Numbered from the stretch's first letter, positions 10,095 through 20,405 are shown. The stretch is DNA of 64,000 nucleotides from Desulfobacterales bacterium (GCA_963668645.2 CAXXWC010000008.1:32001-96000), one strand, 5' to 3'. Program-made: numbers and translations. The notes: generated from the letters alone by a model not told the origin.

Positions 10095-10928
10095 TCATTG
10101 TGACAGCAGATGCGCCGCATTGCCCCCCAGAACGGCTTCCTGCTCGGCGGCCGTGAGCCCCGAAGCGGCCAAGTCCTTGCGGTAGCGGGGTGCACGCAGG
10201 AGGGGAAAATCGGTGCCGAAAAGGATCCTTTCCACGCCCACCGTTTCTCGGGCCACGCGCCAGATCCGCTCGTCATAGAGAAAAGGGGATGCCGCGGTAT
10301 CGAACCAGACGTTGGCCAGACGCTGGCGCACCTCCTTTTTGAGCAGATTGTAGAAAAAGATTCCCCCGCCCCAGTGGGCCAGTACGATCCGGTTTTGGGG
10401 AAAGCGCCCCACCATGTCGTAAATTTGGCGCAGGGTGTTGGGGGTTTTGCCCGGATAGACATGACCCACCGGTTCGTTGGTGTGAATCAGGACCAGCTTG
10501 TTCTGGCACAGATCCATCAGCGGGGCCAGGCGGTCCAGGTCGGCAGCCTCGATCCCGCCCGTGTAAAAAGCCAACTCCCCCATGCCCGCCATGCCGGCCG
10601 CCAGGCAGCGCTCGACTTCGGCCGCAGCCCCGGGAGCGGCCGGATCGAGGCAGCAAAGTCCCACCAAACGGTCCGGATAGCGGCCCACCGCCTCAAGAAT
10701 ATAATCGTTGTTGGCTCTGGCGGTCTCCAACCGCCGCCAGGGAAAACCGAAGACCACGGCCCGGTCGACCCCGTCTTCGTCCAGGGCTGAGATAAGCGCC
10801 GCGGCGCCGACAAGACGCGATTTGGGCGGTTCGTAAAGCAGCCGGAAGGCCGGTTCACCCTGGAAATAAGACTCGCGGGACTCGCGGATGGCCCGCGGGA
10901 ACAGATGCGCATGGAAGTCGATGATCAT
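10095..10928 (-). CDS. Amidohydrolase family protein (amidohydro_2-like)
   Basis: IIDFHAH, LIH, LAHWGGG, FDTAA, LFGTDFP. Confidence 0.85.
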   Translation of the reverse strand: MIIDFHAHLFPRAIRESRESYFQGEPAFRLLYEPPKSRLVGAAALISALDEDGVDRAVVFGFPWRRLETARANNDYILEAVGRYPDRLVGLCCLDPAAPGAAAEVERCLAAGMAGMGELAFYTGGIEAADLDRLAPLMDLCQNKLVLIHTNEPVGHVYPGKTPNTLRQIYDMVGRFPQNRIVLAHWGGGIFFYNLLKKEVRQRLANVWFDTAASPFLYDERIWRVARETVGVERILFGTDFPLLRAPRYRKDLAASGLTAAEQEAVLGGNAAHLLSQ

Positions 10929-10973
10929 GGGGAGTGTCCTTTGGTCTGGTTTGCCCTGGTGAATCGCTATCCG

Positions 10974-11210
10974 TCAATCGTGGTGCAGGTTGTGAGCGCG
11001 CAACGTTTCACATCCACCGCTCCAGCGTTCGGCAATTTCGATCACTTGGCGCCGCAGTTCGCCATGCTGCCGGCGGCAAGCTTCAGGGATTTCGCCGCGC
11101 AGTTGGCGGCTGGTGTTTTCCACCAGTTGGATCATTTCAGTGGCCACCACGGCATTGATTTGGATCAGGTCGCGCACCGCGGCCAGCAATTGGGTCTGGG
11201 GATCTTCCAT
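10974..11210 (-). CDS. Small hypothetical helical protein
   Basis: 78 aa ORF with a GGAGG RBS before ATG 11210, co-oriented with the amidohydrolase. Confidence 0.7.
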   Translation of the reverse strand: MEDPQTQLLAAVRDLIQINAVVATEMIQLVENTSRQLRGEIPEACRRQHGELRRQVIEIAERWSGGCETLRAHNLHHD

Positions 11211-11304
11211 TTTTTCCTCCTTGCACACCAACGATGTTATTGACCCGCACTATTGTTGATATACTATACCAAAATGGGTTTCAACCGCTCGAAAGGAGAC
11301 AATT

Positions 11305-11856
11305 ATGACCCTATTCGATAAAGCCGGACGCGAAAACACCGAAAAGACTCTCCAACTGGCCTATGCCCGGGCCTGCGAACTTGGCCTCAAGGAGATCGTG
11401 GTGGCCACCTCCAAGGGGGGCACCGCAGCCAAGGCGCTGGAGATTTGCCAGGGATTCAAAGTGGTGGCCGTAACCTACCATGCCGGATTCAGGGAGCCCT
11501 TCCAGGCGGTAATGCCCCTCCAGGTGCGCCGGGACCTGGAGGCTCGGGGCGCCGTGGTGGTCGGCGGTTGCCACGCTCTGTCAGGGATTGAGCGTTCGGT
11601 GGCGGGCAAGTTCGGCGGGATCTATCCGGCCCTTCTTATCGCCGAGGCTCTGCGCCTCTTCGGTCAGGGGGTCAAAGTGGCGGTGGAGATCGCGGTCATG
11701 GCCGCCGATGCCGGAGTGCTGTCCGGGGCCGATATCGTCTCGGTGGGCGGCACGGGCCGGGGTGCGGATGCGTCCCTGGTGCTTGCCCCGGCCCACCAGA
11801 ACAACTTCTTCGACCTCAAGGTGCGCGAGGTGATTTGCAAGCCCCGGGATTTTTGA
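11305..11856 (+). CDS. Pyruvate kinase alpha/beta-like domain protein (MTH1675-like)
   Basis: F..AG.ENT..T, IVVATSKGGT, HALSG.ERS, FGQG.KVA.EI..MAADAG, EVICKP; AAGGAG RBS. Confidence 0.8.
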   Translation: MTLFDKAGRENTEKTLQLAYARACELGLKEIVVATSKGGTAAKALEICQGFKVVAVTYHAGFREPFQAVMPLQVRRDLEARGAVVVGGCHALSGIERSVAGKFGGIYPALLIAEALRLFGQGVKVAVEIAVMAADAGVLSGADIVSVGGTGRGADASLVLAPAHQNNFFDLKVREVICKPRDF

Positions 11857-11927
11857 CCGCCATGGATGGATAACACGCTCCGGCATCCATGGATACGGCC
11901 AACGGCCTGGGCAATGGGGCCGCTTTT

Positions 11928-13256
11928 TTATCTCCGGGGTTTGTAGAGCCTGGGGTCGATCTGGTACTTTTTGACCCGATGCCAGAGGCTGCGTTCCTTG
12001 ATATCAAGCTTTTGGGCCGCTCGGGCTTGAACCCCGTCGCACTGCTTGAGGGCGGCAATGATGATGTTTTTTTCGGCTTCGGCCAGCCACCGGTCCAGGT
12101 TATCCACAACGGGACCGGTATCCATCGCCGCCGCATCGGTGAGCGACGCGTCGTTCCGGTCCGGAACGATTTCCAGGTCGTGTGGATGGATCGTGTCCTG
12201 CCGGGAGGTCAAGCAGGCGCGTTCGATGATGTTGCGCAGTTCGCGCACATTACCGGGCCAGGAGTAGCCTTTCAGGGTTTCCAGCGCATCCGGAGCTATT
12301 TTTTGGGGCGTGGGACCCTTGTCGGCGAAACAGGCCGCCAGGATGGGAATATCCTCTTTGCGGGCGCGCAGGGGAGGGACGTCAAGCCGAAAAACATTGA
12401 TACGAAAATAGAGGTCTTCGCGAAAGCGGCCATCGGCCACCAGGGTTTCCAGGTTCTTGTTGGTGGCTGCGATGATGCGCAGGTCCACATGGCGGGTTTT
12501 GCCGCTGCCCAGGCGTTGAATCTCCTTTTCCTGCAAGACCCGCAGTAGCTTGGCCTGCAGGCTGGGCGGCATGTCTCCGATTTCGTCGAGAAACACGGTG
12601 CCCTTATCCGCCGTTTCGAATTTACCGGCCCGGGCACTGACCGCCCCGGTAAAGGCCCCCTTTTCGTGGCCGAACAGCTCGCTTTCCAGCAGACCCTCGG
12701 GAATCGCGGCGCAGTTGACTTTGACAAAAGGTTTATCCGCCCGGGGGCTGTGCTCCACCACCGCCTTGGCCACCAGCTCCTTGCCCGTGCCCGATTCTCC
12801 GGTGATCAGCACCGTGGCATCCGAAGGGGCGACCCTGAGGATGCGGCTCATCAGCCCCCGCATGACCAGGCTCTGGCCCAGAATTTCCGGAAACAGCTTC
12901 GATGCCTCCGCGTTGTCGATCATATCGGTGATTTTTTCCAGGATCCGTTCGTAGTGGTGGAGATCGCTGGCCGCCGGATCGGGTTGATCTTCAAACAGGT
13001 CTGAAGGTATAGCCGGATTTTTCCGGGCCTTTGCGACGAAGCGCTCCAGCGGGCCGATGATCCAACGCACCAGCAGGTAGGATGCGACCAGTGAGGCCAG
13101 GGAAAATGTCAGGATCATCAATCCATAGCCGACCCCTGACACCTTGCGGGTGGAAACACCCAAGAAGATGGACAGGATCAGCATGGAAAGGGCGTTGAAT
13201 CCGGCCAGAATAAAGGGGACCAAGTGTTTGGTGGGGATTTGGACCTTGCGTGGCAT
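11928..13256 (-). CDS. Sigma54-dependent activator (bEBP) with two N-terminal TM helices
   Basis: GESGTGKE, ESELFGHEKGAFTGA, FLDEIG, WPGNVREL, C-terminal Fis HTH; hydrophobic N-terminus, no receiver domain. Confidence 0.92.
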   Translation of the reverse strand: MPRKVQIPTKHLVPFILAGFNALSMLILSIFLGVSTRKVSGVGYGLMILTFSLASLVASYLLVRWIIGPLERFVAKARKNPAIPSDLFEDQPDPAASDLHHYERILEKITDMIDNAEASKLFPEILGQSLVMRGLMSRILRVAPSDATVLITGESGTGKELVAKAVVEHSPRADKPFVKVNCAAIPEGLLESELFGHEKGAFTGAVSARAGKFETADKGTVFLDEIGDMPPSLQAKLLRVLQEKEIQRLGSGKTRHVDLRIIAATNKNLETLVADGRFREDLYFRINVFRLDVPPLRARKEDIPILAACFADKGPTPQKIAPDALETLKGYSWPGNVRELRNIIERACLTSRQDTIHPHDLEIVPDRNDASLTDAAAMDTGPVVDNLDRWLAEAEKNIIIAALKQCDGVQARAAQKLDIKERSLWHRVKKYQIDPRLYKPRR

Positions 13257-13302
13257 TTGATTATTGGCGGACTATGCGAAATAGTATCAAAAACAATTCC
13301 GG

Positions 13303-14520
13303 TCAGTGCACGGTCTTGACCAGATCCCACATGGGCAGAAAGATCGACAGCGCGAAAAAGCCCACCACCGCCGCCAGAGCGACGATCAGCACCGGACCGA
13401 TGGTCTCGGACATACGGCTCACCGAATAACTGACTTCATCGTCATAATGCACCGAGACTTCATTGAGCATCTGGTCCAGGTTGCCCGATTCCTCGCCGAT
13501 GGCCACCATATTGATCACCATGGGTGTGAAAAATTTGGCCGACTTCAGGGGGGCTGAGATGCCGCGGCCCTCCTTGAGCTGTTCCTGAATTCGATTAAAT
13601 TCACGGGCGATGACCGAGTTGCCGATCACTCCGGAAAGAATCGAAAAAGCGTTCAGCACCGATACGCCGCTGGCCTGGAGGATGGAAAAGATGCTGGCGA
13701 AGCGCGACATGGCGCCCTTCTGGAAGACGGTGCCCAGCACGGGCATCTTCAGGAGTAGATAATCCAGGTTGTAGCGGCCGGACTCGGTTTTGATATAGAA
13801 CCGCAAGGCGACAATCGTGACGATGAAGATGCTCAGGCTGATCGGCCAGTAGACGATCAGCCAGTTGTAGAGCATGATGTTGATACGGGTGGGCAGCGGC
13901 AGATCGATTCGGGCGTTTTCAAAAATGCGCACAAACCGTGGAATCACAAAGGTCAGCAGAAAGAAAAAGGCACCCGTCAAGGCGACCAGGACCAAAACGG
14001 GGTATTGCAGGGCGCTTTTGATGTCGGATCGGATCTTGTGTTCGTGCTGCAACAGATAAATCAACCGTTCGAGCACCTCCACCAGATGGCCGCTGCTCTC
14101 TCCGGCCTGAATCATACTGCAATACAAGGGAGAAAAGATTTTGGGATGTTTTTTGAATGTGTCCGTCAGGGAAGCACCGGCCCGGATATCCTGTCCCATT
14201 GTGGCAGCCGCATTCTTGAGCCTCAGGTTTTCGGTCTGCTGTTCGAGGACTTCCAGCAGCTCGATCATGTTGATCCCGGCTTTGAAAAGTGTACGAAATT
14301 GTTTGGTGAAAATGATCAGATCCGGTGTTTTGACCCGGGCGAGCCATAGATTCAGCCGTTGGCTCAACCCCTGGCCGGCGCCCGCCGAGCCGGCCCGGAC
14401 ACTGGAGGGGATGAACCCCTGGGAGACCAGGATGTTCTGGGCCGCTTCAAGGCTGTCGGCCCGGACAACTCCGGCGACTTCGGTTCCCGCAGGGCTGATA
14501 GCTTTATAAGTGTATTGCAT
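13303..14520 (-). CDS. pilC: Type II secretion F / PilC platform protein
   Basis: Y.YKA N-terminus, two GspF repeats (AGESSG, ALQYP, IGEESG), C-terminal TM; ATG at 14520. Confidence 0.9.
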   Translation of the reverse strand: MQYTYKAISPAGTEVAGVVRADSLEAAQNILVSQGFIPSSVRAGSAGAGQGLSQRLNLWLARVKTPDLIIFTKQFRTLFKAGINMIELLEVLEQQTENLRLKNAAATMGQDIRAGASLTDTFKKHPKIFSPLYCSMIQAGESSGHLVEVLERLIYLLQHEHKIRSDIKSALQYPVLVLVALTGAFFFLLTFVIPRFVRIFENARIDLPLPTRINIMLYNWLIVYWPISLSIFIVTIVALRFYIKTESGRYNLDYLLLKMPVLGTVFQKGAMSRFASIFSILQASGVSVLNAFSILSGVIGNSVIAREFNRIQEQLKEGRGISAPLKSAKFFTPMVINMVAIGEESGNLDQMLNEVSVHYDDEVSYSVSRMSETIGPVLIVALAAVVGFFALSIFLPMWDLVKTVH

Positions 14521-14675
14521 AACGCGGCTCTTTGCTGGGAGGTTAGGCTTTGCTGGACATTGTAATCGATAGTAATTTCGTTGATGCGCCTTTCCGCTCA
14601 GGCACATCATGAAAACGGATCAAGTGTTGACGAGGTGAAGTTGCCTTCCTCGTTTTGCGGATGCTTTCGGCAAGG

Positions 14676-16448
14676 TCATGTCATCACCACCGACAGGGCC
14701 TCTTCCACCGTTGTCAGGCCCCGGCAGACCTTATCGGCCGCGTCGTTGCGCAGCAAACGCAGCTTGGCGGCATTGATGGCCGCCCGTGTGATTTCACCGG
14801 TGGCGGTTTTGCGGGTGATCATGTCCTGAATCTGTTCGTCGATCTTGAGAATTTCGAAGACCGCAGTGCGGCCCTTATACCCCGAATTCATGCACGCGGC
14901 ACAGCCTTTACCCTTGAGAAAGGTGCAGTCCGAGGACGGCTTCAGTCCAAGGGCCTGAAGGCTCTCCGGCGGAGGGGCATACGGTTCGGCGCAGCGGGTG
15001 CAGATTTTGCGTACCAGCCGCTGGCCGAATGAAACCAACAGCACCGACGCCACCAGGAAAGGCTCGATGCCCATGTCGATCAACCTTGTGATGGCGCCGG
15101 CCGCGTCGTTAGTGTGCACCGTGGAAAGCACCCTGTGGCCGGTAAGGGCCGATTGGACGGCGATCATGGCCGTTTCCGCATCCCGGATTTCGCCGACCAT
15201 GATGACATCCGGGTCCTGGCGCAGAATGGAGCGCAGCCCGGAGGCGAAGGTCATTCCGGCGCGGCGGTTGAGCTGGACCTGACGGATCCCCTCCACCCGG
15301 TATTCCACCGGATCTTCCAGGGTAATGATATTGACGTCCGGGGCGTTGATCTGCTGCAAGATGGCGTAGAGGCTGGTGCTCTTGCCGCTGCCGGTGGGGC
15401 CGGTGGACAGGATCATTCCGTACGGCTTGTGAATCACCGATTGGATCTTGGCCAGGTCGTCCGGGTGCATTCCCAGTTGATCCAGGCTGTAGATCGCGCT
15501 GCTCATGTCCAAGAGCCGCAGCACCACGTTTTCTCCGTGGATGGTGGGCATGCACGAGGCCCGCACATTGATTTCACGCTTGTTCATCACCACCGTAAAG
15601 CGTCCGTCCTGCGGCACCCGGGTCACCGAAATGTCCATGTTGGCCAGGATCTTGATCCTGGACGTGAGGGCCGCAAGGAGTTTTTTGGGCGGGGTAGTTA
15701 CCTCGCGCAATTTTCCGTCGATGCGAAACCGGGTCTGTACGTCATCTTTTTGCGGGCTGATATGAATATCGCTGGCCTTTTCGTTCACCGCCTGGGCGAT
15801 GATGGAGTTGACCAGTTTGATCACCGGTGCCTGATCAGCCTGGGACTCGAGATCACTGACATTGACATCCGTGTCGGTGGTCTCTTGGCGGCCCTGGCTG
15901 ACTTCGATGGCGGTCATTTCCTCGACGCTTTCCATGACATTATCGAGGCCTTTGTACAGGCCGTAAAGCGCCGTGAAGGTTTGGTCATATTCGGCCTCGG
16001 TGCTCACCACCGGTTCGACTTCCATGTTCGTGTAGACTTCAAGCGCATCCAGGGCGTCGATGTTCAAAGGATCGCTGGTGGCCACATAGAGCAACTTGCC
16101 TTTGCGCTCCAGCGGCACGGCGCCGTATTTACGTGCCGTTTCCGCCGGAATGAGGCGTTCCAGATCCAGGTCCAGGGGGTATCGGGCGGTATCGAATCGG
16201 GTAATCCGCAACTGGCGGCTGAGAAGCTGGACGATTTCCTCTTCGGAGCAAACATTGCTCCAGACCAGGAACTGGCCCAGCTTCATGTCGTTTTTCTTGT
16301 GCTCCACCAGCGCTGTCTGCAGTTGCTCAGGGCTGATCAGGCCCTGGTCCACCAGCATCTCTCCGAGTCGAATCTTTTTTCTCAAGGACTTTTTCCTCTC
16401 CTGGGTTTCCCGTTTACACGGTCGAAAACCGCTTTTATCGATCTGCAA
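14676..16448 (-). CDS. pilB: GspE/PilB-family assembly ATPase with MshEN domain
   Basis: RLGEML MshEN repeat, RFRIDG, PQDGR, GPTGSGKST, EDPVEY, LRQDPD, His boxes, tetracysteine motif. Start uncertain. Confidence 0.92.
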   Translation of the reverse strand: MQIDKSGFRPCKRETQERKKSLRKKIRLGEMLVDQGLISPEQLQTALVEHKKNDMKLGQFLVWSNVCSEEEIVQLLSRQLRITRFDTARYPLDLDLERLIPAETARKYGAVPLERKGKLLYVATSDPLNIDALDALEVYTNMEVEPVVSTEAEYDQTFTALYGLYKGLDNVMESVEEMTAIEVSQGRQETTDTDVNVSDLESQADQAPVIKLVNSIIAQAVNEKASDIHISPQKDDVQTRFRIDGKLREVTTPPKKLLAALTSRIKILANMDISVTRVPQDGRFTVVMNKREINVRASCMPTIHGENVVLRLLDMSSAIYSLDQLGMHPDDLAKIQSVIHKPYGMILSTGPTGSGKSTSLYAILQQINAPDVNIITLEDPVEYRVEGIRQVQLNRRAGMTFASGLRSILRQDPDVIMVGEIRDAETAMIAVQSALTGHRVLSTVHTNDAAGAITRLIDMGIEPFLVASVLLVSFGQRLVRKICTRCAEPYAPPPESLQALGLKPSSDCTFLKGKGCAACMNSGYKGRTAVFEILKIDEQIQDMITRKTATGEITRAAINAAKLRLLRNDAADKVCRGLTTVEEALSVVMT

Positions 16449-18111
16449 TCCGCTGGTTTATCCGTTTTTGAGACCCGAGATCAGTCACCCTGGCCGAAGC
16501 GGCCAGTCCGGCGGGAAGCGCGGCCAGCCGATCGTCGGCCGAGCGTTTCTCCCTGAAGGCGGAATTGAGCACCACGAGATATTCGAATCCTTCCGGCGTT
16601 GTGTGGAGCGCCAAAACCCGCAATGGGCCCCCCGTTTCATCCCGGGCTGCGTCGTAGGCCTCGTCAAAACGGGAAAAACGGCCGAGTTCAATCCAGTAGC
16701 GGCCGTTTTTCGAACCCGGTTCGATGTCGATGGCCGGAAAATCGATCCGCTGGCCGTGGAGGACCTTGTTCGGGTCGTGAATGGTCGGGTTCTGTCGCAC
16801 CACGCGTGCGAGCAATTGCGAATTGCAGGTGCCGTAGGTCCTTCGAATCATACTCCAAAGCGTTTCGTCCCGCTGGACGCGGACCGAACCCAAGCTGAGC
16901 GGTTTGGCCGAATCCGGATCGGCCTCGCCCGCCGTCGGCACCGGCTCTGGTTCGACTATCGGTGCAGGAGGCTTTTCCTCGTGCCGGGCGCTGTCCAGCG
17001 GGGCCTGCACCTCGGGTGGGGCAGCGGTGTTTTGGGGCGCTTCGGGTGTTTGCAGAGGGGCTGCGGCGGCCCTGGCTTGGATCTCGAACGCTTTAATCAG
17101 CGGTTTGGCCCTGGGGGCCGGGTGGTCCGTTTCAGCTTTTGTGATGGCCGCTTGAATGACGCCATTCGGTTGAGGGATATGATTTCGCCAGTAAGGGAAA
17201 AGCAGCCAGAGACCGGCCGCCGCCACTGCCAGTGTGCCCAGCGCCCAAGGCAGGCGGCCGAACCCCGCTGAGCGGTTCAGTGACGGAAGCGGATGCCCGG
17301 CCCTGCGTACGCTGGCCGGTGTGACCTTGGAGGTGCCGACGATGATCAAGGTAAGCAGGATATTGTGGCACAGGTTGATTATCTTGCGCGGGTAGCCGCC
17401 GGTCAACTTATGGATCAGCGACAGGGCGCGGCGGGTGAAATGCACCCGGGGCTTTTGTGGGTCGTTTGCGCCGGATCGTTCCAGACGGTAATCGATGAAA
17501 AGCGCCGTATCTTTGCGCGATAGGGGTAAAAGCCGGTGAAACAATCCGACCCTGTCTGCAAAATTGGGGTGTTCGGCCAGGAGCCGGTCGATTTCGTTCT
17601 GGCCGAAGATAACGATCTGCAGCAGTTTTTGATCGTTGGTCTCGTAATTGAGCAGTTCCCTGAAGATTTCCACTCCTGCCGCGGATAGTTTTTGTCCTTC
17701 ATCCACCAGCAGGACGATGGTTTTTTCGGCGCCGACCCCATTGCGGAAGAGGTAATCCTTGATCATCTCCTTGTGACCCGCGGCCGTGCTGCATTTTTCG
17801 GCCTGCTGGCGGCCGTTGAACATGGCATTGAGCACCGCGAGAATTTCATCGGCGCTTTCGAAGGAGGGGTCCAGGATCATATGGATTTCAATGGACCCTT
17901 CATTTGCCATGGTGCGGATCAGGTGCCGGCAGATGGTGGTCTTGCCGGTGCCGACTTCCCCGGCCACCACGCACAAGCCGCGGTGCAGCCGAATCGCAAT
18001 CTCCAGTTCCTGAAGGCACTTGGCATGTCCGGTGGAACGGAAGAAGAGCCCCGGATCAGGCGTGTTGGAAAAAGGTTCGCGGTCTAAATTGAGTAGTTTG
18101 TAGTACTCCAT
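16435..18111 (-). CDS. ExeA/GspA-family AAA ATPase with TM, Pro-rich linker, LysM and SPOR-like C-terminus
   Basis: PFSNTPDP, GEVGTGKTT, VDEGQKL, GYPRKIN; TM helix; VQRDETLW...NP.I.DPNKV..GQ.I LysM pattern. Confidence 0.85.
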   Translation of the reverse strand: MEYYKLLNLDREPFSNTPDPGLFFRSTGHAKCLQELEIAIRLHRGLCVVAGEVGTGKTTICRHLIRTMANEGSIEIHMILDPSFESADEILAVLNAMFNGRQQAEKCSTAAGHKEMIKDYLFRNGVGAEKTIVLLVDEGQKLSAAGVEIFRELLNYETNDQKLLQIVIFGQNEIDRLLAEHPNFADRVGLFHRLLPLSRKDTALFIDYRLERSGANDPQKPRVHFTRRALSLIHKLTGGYPRKIINLCHNILLTLIIVGTSKVTPASVRRAGHPLPSLNRSAGFGRLPWALGTLAVAAAGLWLLFPYWRNHIPQPNGVIQAAITKAETDHPAPRAKPLIKAFEIQARAAAAPLQTPEAPQNTAAPPEVQAPLDSARHEEKPPAPIVEPEPVPTAGEADPDSAKPLSLGSVRVQRDETLWSMIRRTYGTCNSQLLARVVRQNPTIHDPNKVLHGQRIDFPAIDIEPGSKNGRYWIELGRFSRFDEAYDAARDETGGPLRVLALHTTPEGFEYLVVLNSAFREKRSADDRLAALPAGLAASARVTDLGSQKRINQRIADR

Positions 18112-18257
18112 GGCGTTACGGTGCTTAAGGTTTTATGCCGCATGGCGCTGTTGCGGGTGGTGTTGCCAACACATTTTTCGAGCTTGCATCATTCCTCCCG
18201 TTGTCGCGATTGCCCATTTCTTCCTGCGGGGCCTCGATCACCTCTTGCCGATACTTC

Positions 18258-19799
18258 TCAGGACGGTGGACGAAAGGGCAGAATATGCGGGGTGATGAAG
18301 ATCAGCACTTCTTCCATGCTTTTTCCCTTGGAATCGCTCCGGAAAAGATGTCCGAGGCCGGGCAAGTCCTTCAGCGCTGGTACCCCATTTTGCTCTATGG
18401 TGGTGCGCTCCTTGGACAAACCGGAGATCACGATGGTCTCCTCGTTGGCCACCACCAGGTTGGTTTCGGTCTGTTTCTTGATGATGAAGGGGTTTCCCTG
18501 CACCGTACGGCTCGTATCCACTTCGTCCTTCTTGACCTTGATGGCCAGCTTGAGTTGATCCTGGTCGATGATGTTGGGGGTGATTTCCAGTCGCAGCACC
18601 GCGTCTTCCCATTCCACATCCATGGTGCCGTCTTGGTCGATGCTGGCGAAAGGCACCCTTTCTCCGTTTTCCGTAAAAGCCATCTGGTTGTCCATGGTGG
18701 TGATGGAAGGTGAGGAGAGGATGTTGAGCTTGCCTTCGGTTTGCAGGGCCGAGAGCTGAAATTCCAGGATGTTGCCGTCGACGAGCCCGTACATCAGGCT
18801 CAGGGACGTGCCGCCGTCTGACACGTCCACCGGGAAATTGACCACCGAGCCCAGGGGGCTGGTGATTCCCCATGGATCGCGGTCCGTGCGGTCACTGGAA
18901 ATGGTGGCCCCATCGCCCGGCGAGACATAGAGCCGATCGTTGCCGCTTATGAGACTGGATCGGTACCGGCCGCCCCACTGGACCCCCAGGGCCCGGGCCG
19001 TCTCCTTGGTGGTCTCCACGATGTGGGCCTTGAGCAGCACTTGGGCTCTGGGCTGGTCGAGTTTTTGGATCAGCTTGAGCATCCGTTGGGTATCACTGGC
19101 GATGGCTTGAATGATCAGGGCGTTGTTGTGCTTGTCCACCGATACCGATCCGCGGGCTTCGCCTTTTTCATTTTTGGTCAGGAATTTTTCCATGTTTTCC
19201 CGGAGCCCCTCGGCCGCAGCGTAGCGCACCCGGATCATGGCGGTCTGCAACGGCTCCAGCTTGCGGGCTTCGGTGGAGGCGGCCAGCCTTTCGTTTTGCA
19301 CCTTGTCGATTTCAATGTCCCTGCGCATATCATCGACGCTCATGACCCGGATGACATCCCCCACCCATGTGTAACTCAAGCCCTGGGCGCGGGTGATGCT
19401 CAAAAAGGCCTGATCCCAGGGGGTGTTTTGAATATTGACGTTGATGGTGCCTTTGATGCTGTTGCTCATCACAATGCTCTTGCCGGCGGCCCTGGCCAGG
19501 ACCCGCATGACCACACTGATATCGACATCGTGGAACTTCAAACTGACCGGGGTCTCGGGAAGGGGGCGGGCCTGCTCGGTCTCCTTCGTTTTAACATCCT
19601 CCTCCAAGCTGGTGAAGATGTCTGTGACCTCGAGCAGGTCTTCCTCGGGTGGCGGTGAGTAACCTTTGGAAGTCTCGGCCGTTTCACGCCACTTTTCGAA
19701 AAAATCATCCTGTTGCACAGCCTGCTGCGGTTTCTGAGCACATCCGGCCGAAAAGAGCGCCGCGATCAGGATGGAAACCAGTATCAATGATTTTTTCAT
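18258..19799 (-). CDS. pilQ: PilQ-like secretin (lipoprotein, no AMIN domains)
   Basis: Lipobox FSAGC, SLKFHDVDI, PWDQA, QVLLKAHIVE, LEITPNI, VPALKDLPGLGHLF, LIFITP. Confidence 0.9.
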   Translation of the reverse strand: MKKSLILVSILIAALFSAGCAQKPQQAVQQDDFFEKWRETAETSKGYSPPPEEDLLEVTDIFTSLEEDVKTKETEQARPLPETPVSLKFHDVDISVVMRVLARAAGKSIVMSNSIKGTINVNIQNTPWDQAFLSITRAQGLSYTWVGDVIRVMSVDDMRRDIEIDKVQNERLAASTEARKLEPLQTAMIRVRYAAAEGLRENMEKFLTKNEKGEARGSVSVDKHNNALIIQAIASDTQRMLKLIQKLDQPRAQVLLKAHIVETTKETARALGVQWGGRYRSSLISGNDRLYVSPGDGATISSDRTDRDPWGITSPLGSVVNFPVDVSDGGTSLSLMYGLVDGNILEFQLSALQTEGKLNILSSPSITTMDNQMAFTENGERVPFASIDQDGTMDVEWEDAVLRLEITPNIIDQDQLKLAIKVKKDEVDTSRTVQGNPFIIKKQTETNLVVANEETIVISGLSKERTTIEQNGVPALKDLPGLGHLFRSDSKGKSMEEVLIFITPHILPFRPPS

Positions 19800-19805
19800 C
19801 GGTGC

Positions 19806-20318
19806 CTACTCCTCGATAAAGGCATCCTGGTAGGGGATGATGATTTGCTGCTTGTTGCGATCCGATTGCAGGGTCACGCTGGCCGGGGTGATGTTCAAGA
19901 CCCGATAATCGCTGTCCGGCAGTACTTCGCTGATCTGGTATTCTATCCCGTTGATAACAGCGATGCGGGTGCGGCCCATTTCCAGGTAGCCCGAATAGAC
20001 GGTTGTGGCCTTGAACTTTTCCAGCATTGGGTCTGTTTCGCTTCTGATCGCTCCGGTATTGCGCGGGGCCGGCCAGGTATAAAAAGGGCTGCCGGTCCAT
20101 TCGGCCGCCGCGGTTAGCAGGGTATGCTTTTCGCCCGGCCCCAGATCCGCTTTGGCCAGCGATTTAGAGACGGCAGTGGAAAGATTCACCGCTTCATCCA
20201 CGCGCACCGGCGGGGGGCCTGGCGGCGTTTTGAGGAAAGGGTGCAGGAAGATCTCAACGGCGCCAAACCCAATCGCGATGACCATCAAGGCAATGAGCAC
20301 TTTTTCTCTTTTTTCCAT
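19806..20318 (-). CDS. Bitopic membrane protein, PilP/GspB-like
   Basis: N-terminal TM, SPF motif, beta-rich AVING...V..I....V.L domain; lies between the PilO-like gene and the secretin. Confidence 0.6.
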   Translation of the reverse strand: MEKREKVLIALMVIAIGFGAVEIFLHPFLKTPPGPPPVRVDEAVNLSTAVSKSLAKADLGPGEKHTLLTAAAEWTGSPFYTWPAPRNTGAIRSETDPMLEKFKATTVYSGYLEMGRTRIAVINGIEYQISEVLPDSDYRVLNITPASVTLQSDRNKQQIIIPYQDAFIEE

Positions 20319-20405
20319 GGGATCTTGCCGTAATTTTTTTTCAGCCTAGCGGCCGGTCGCGGATGCATTTATGCCATTGCCGGCCGTGGACACCGGCGCT
20401 GTTCT

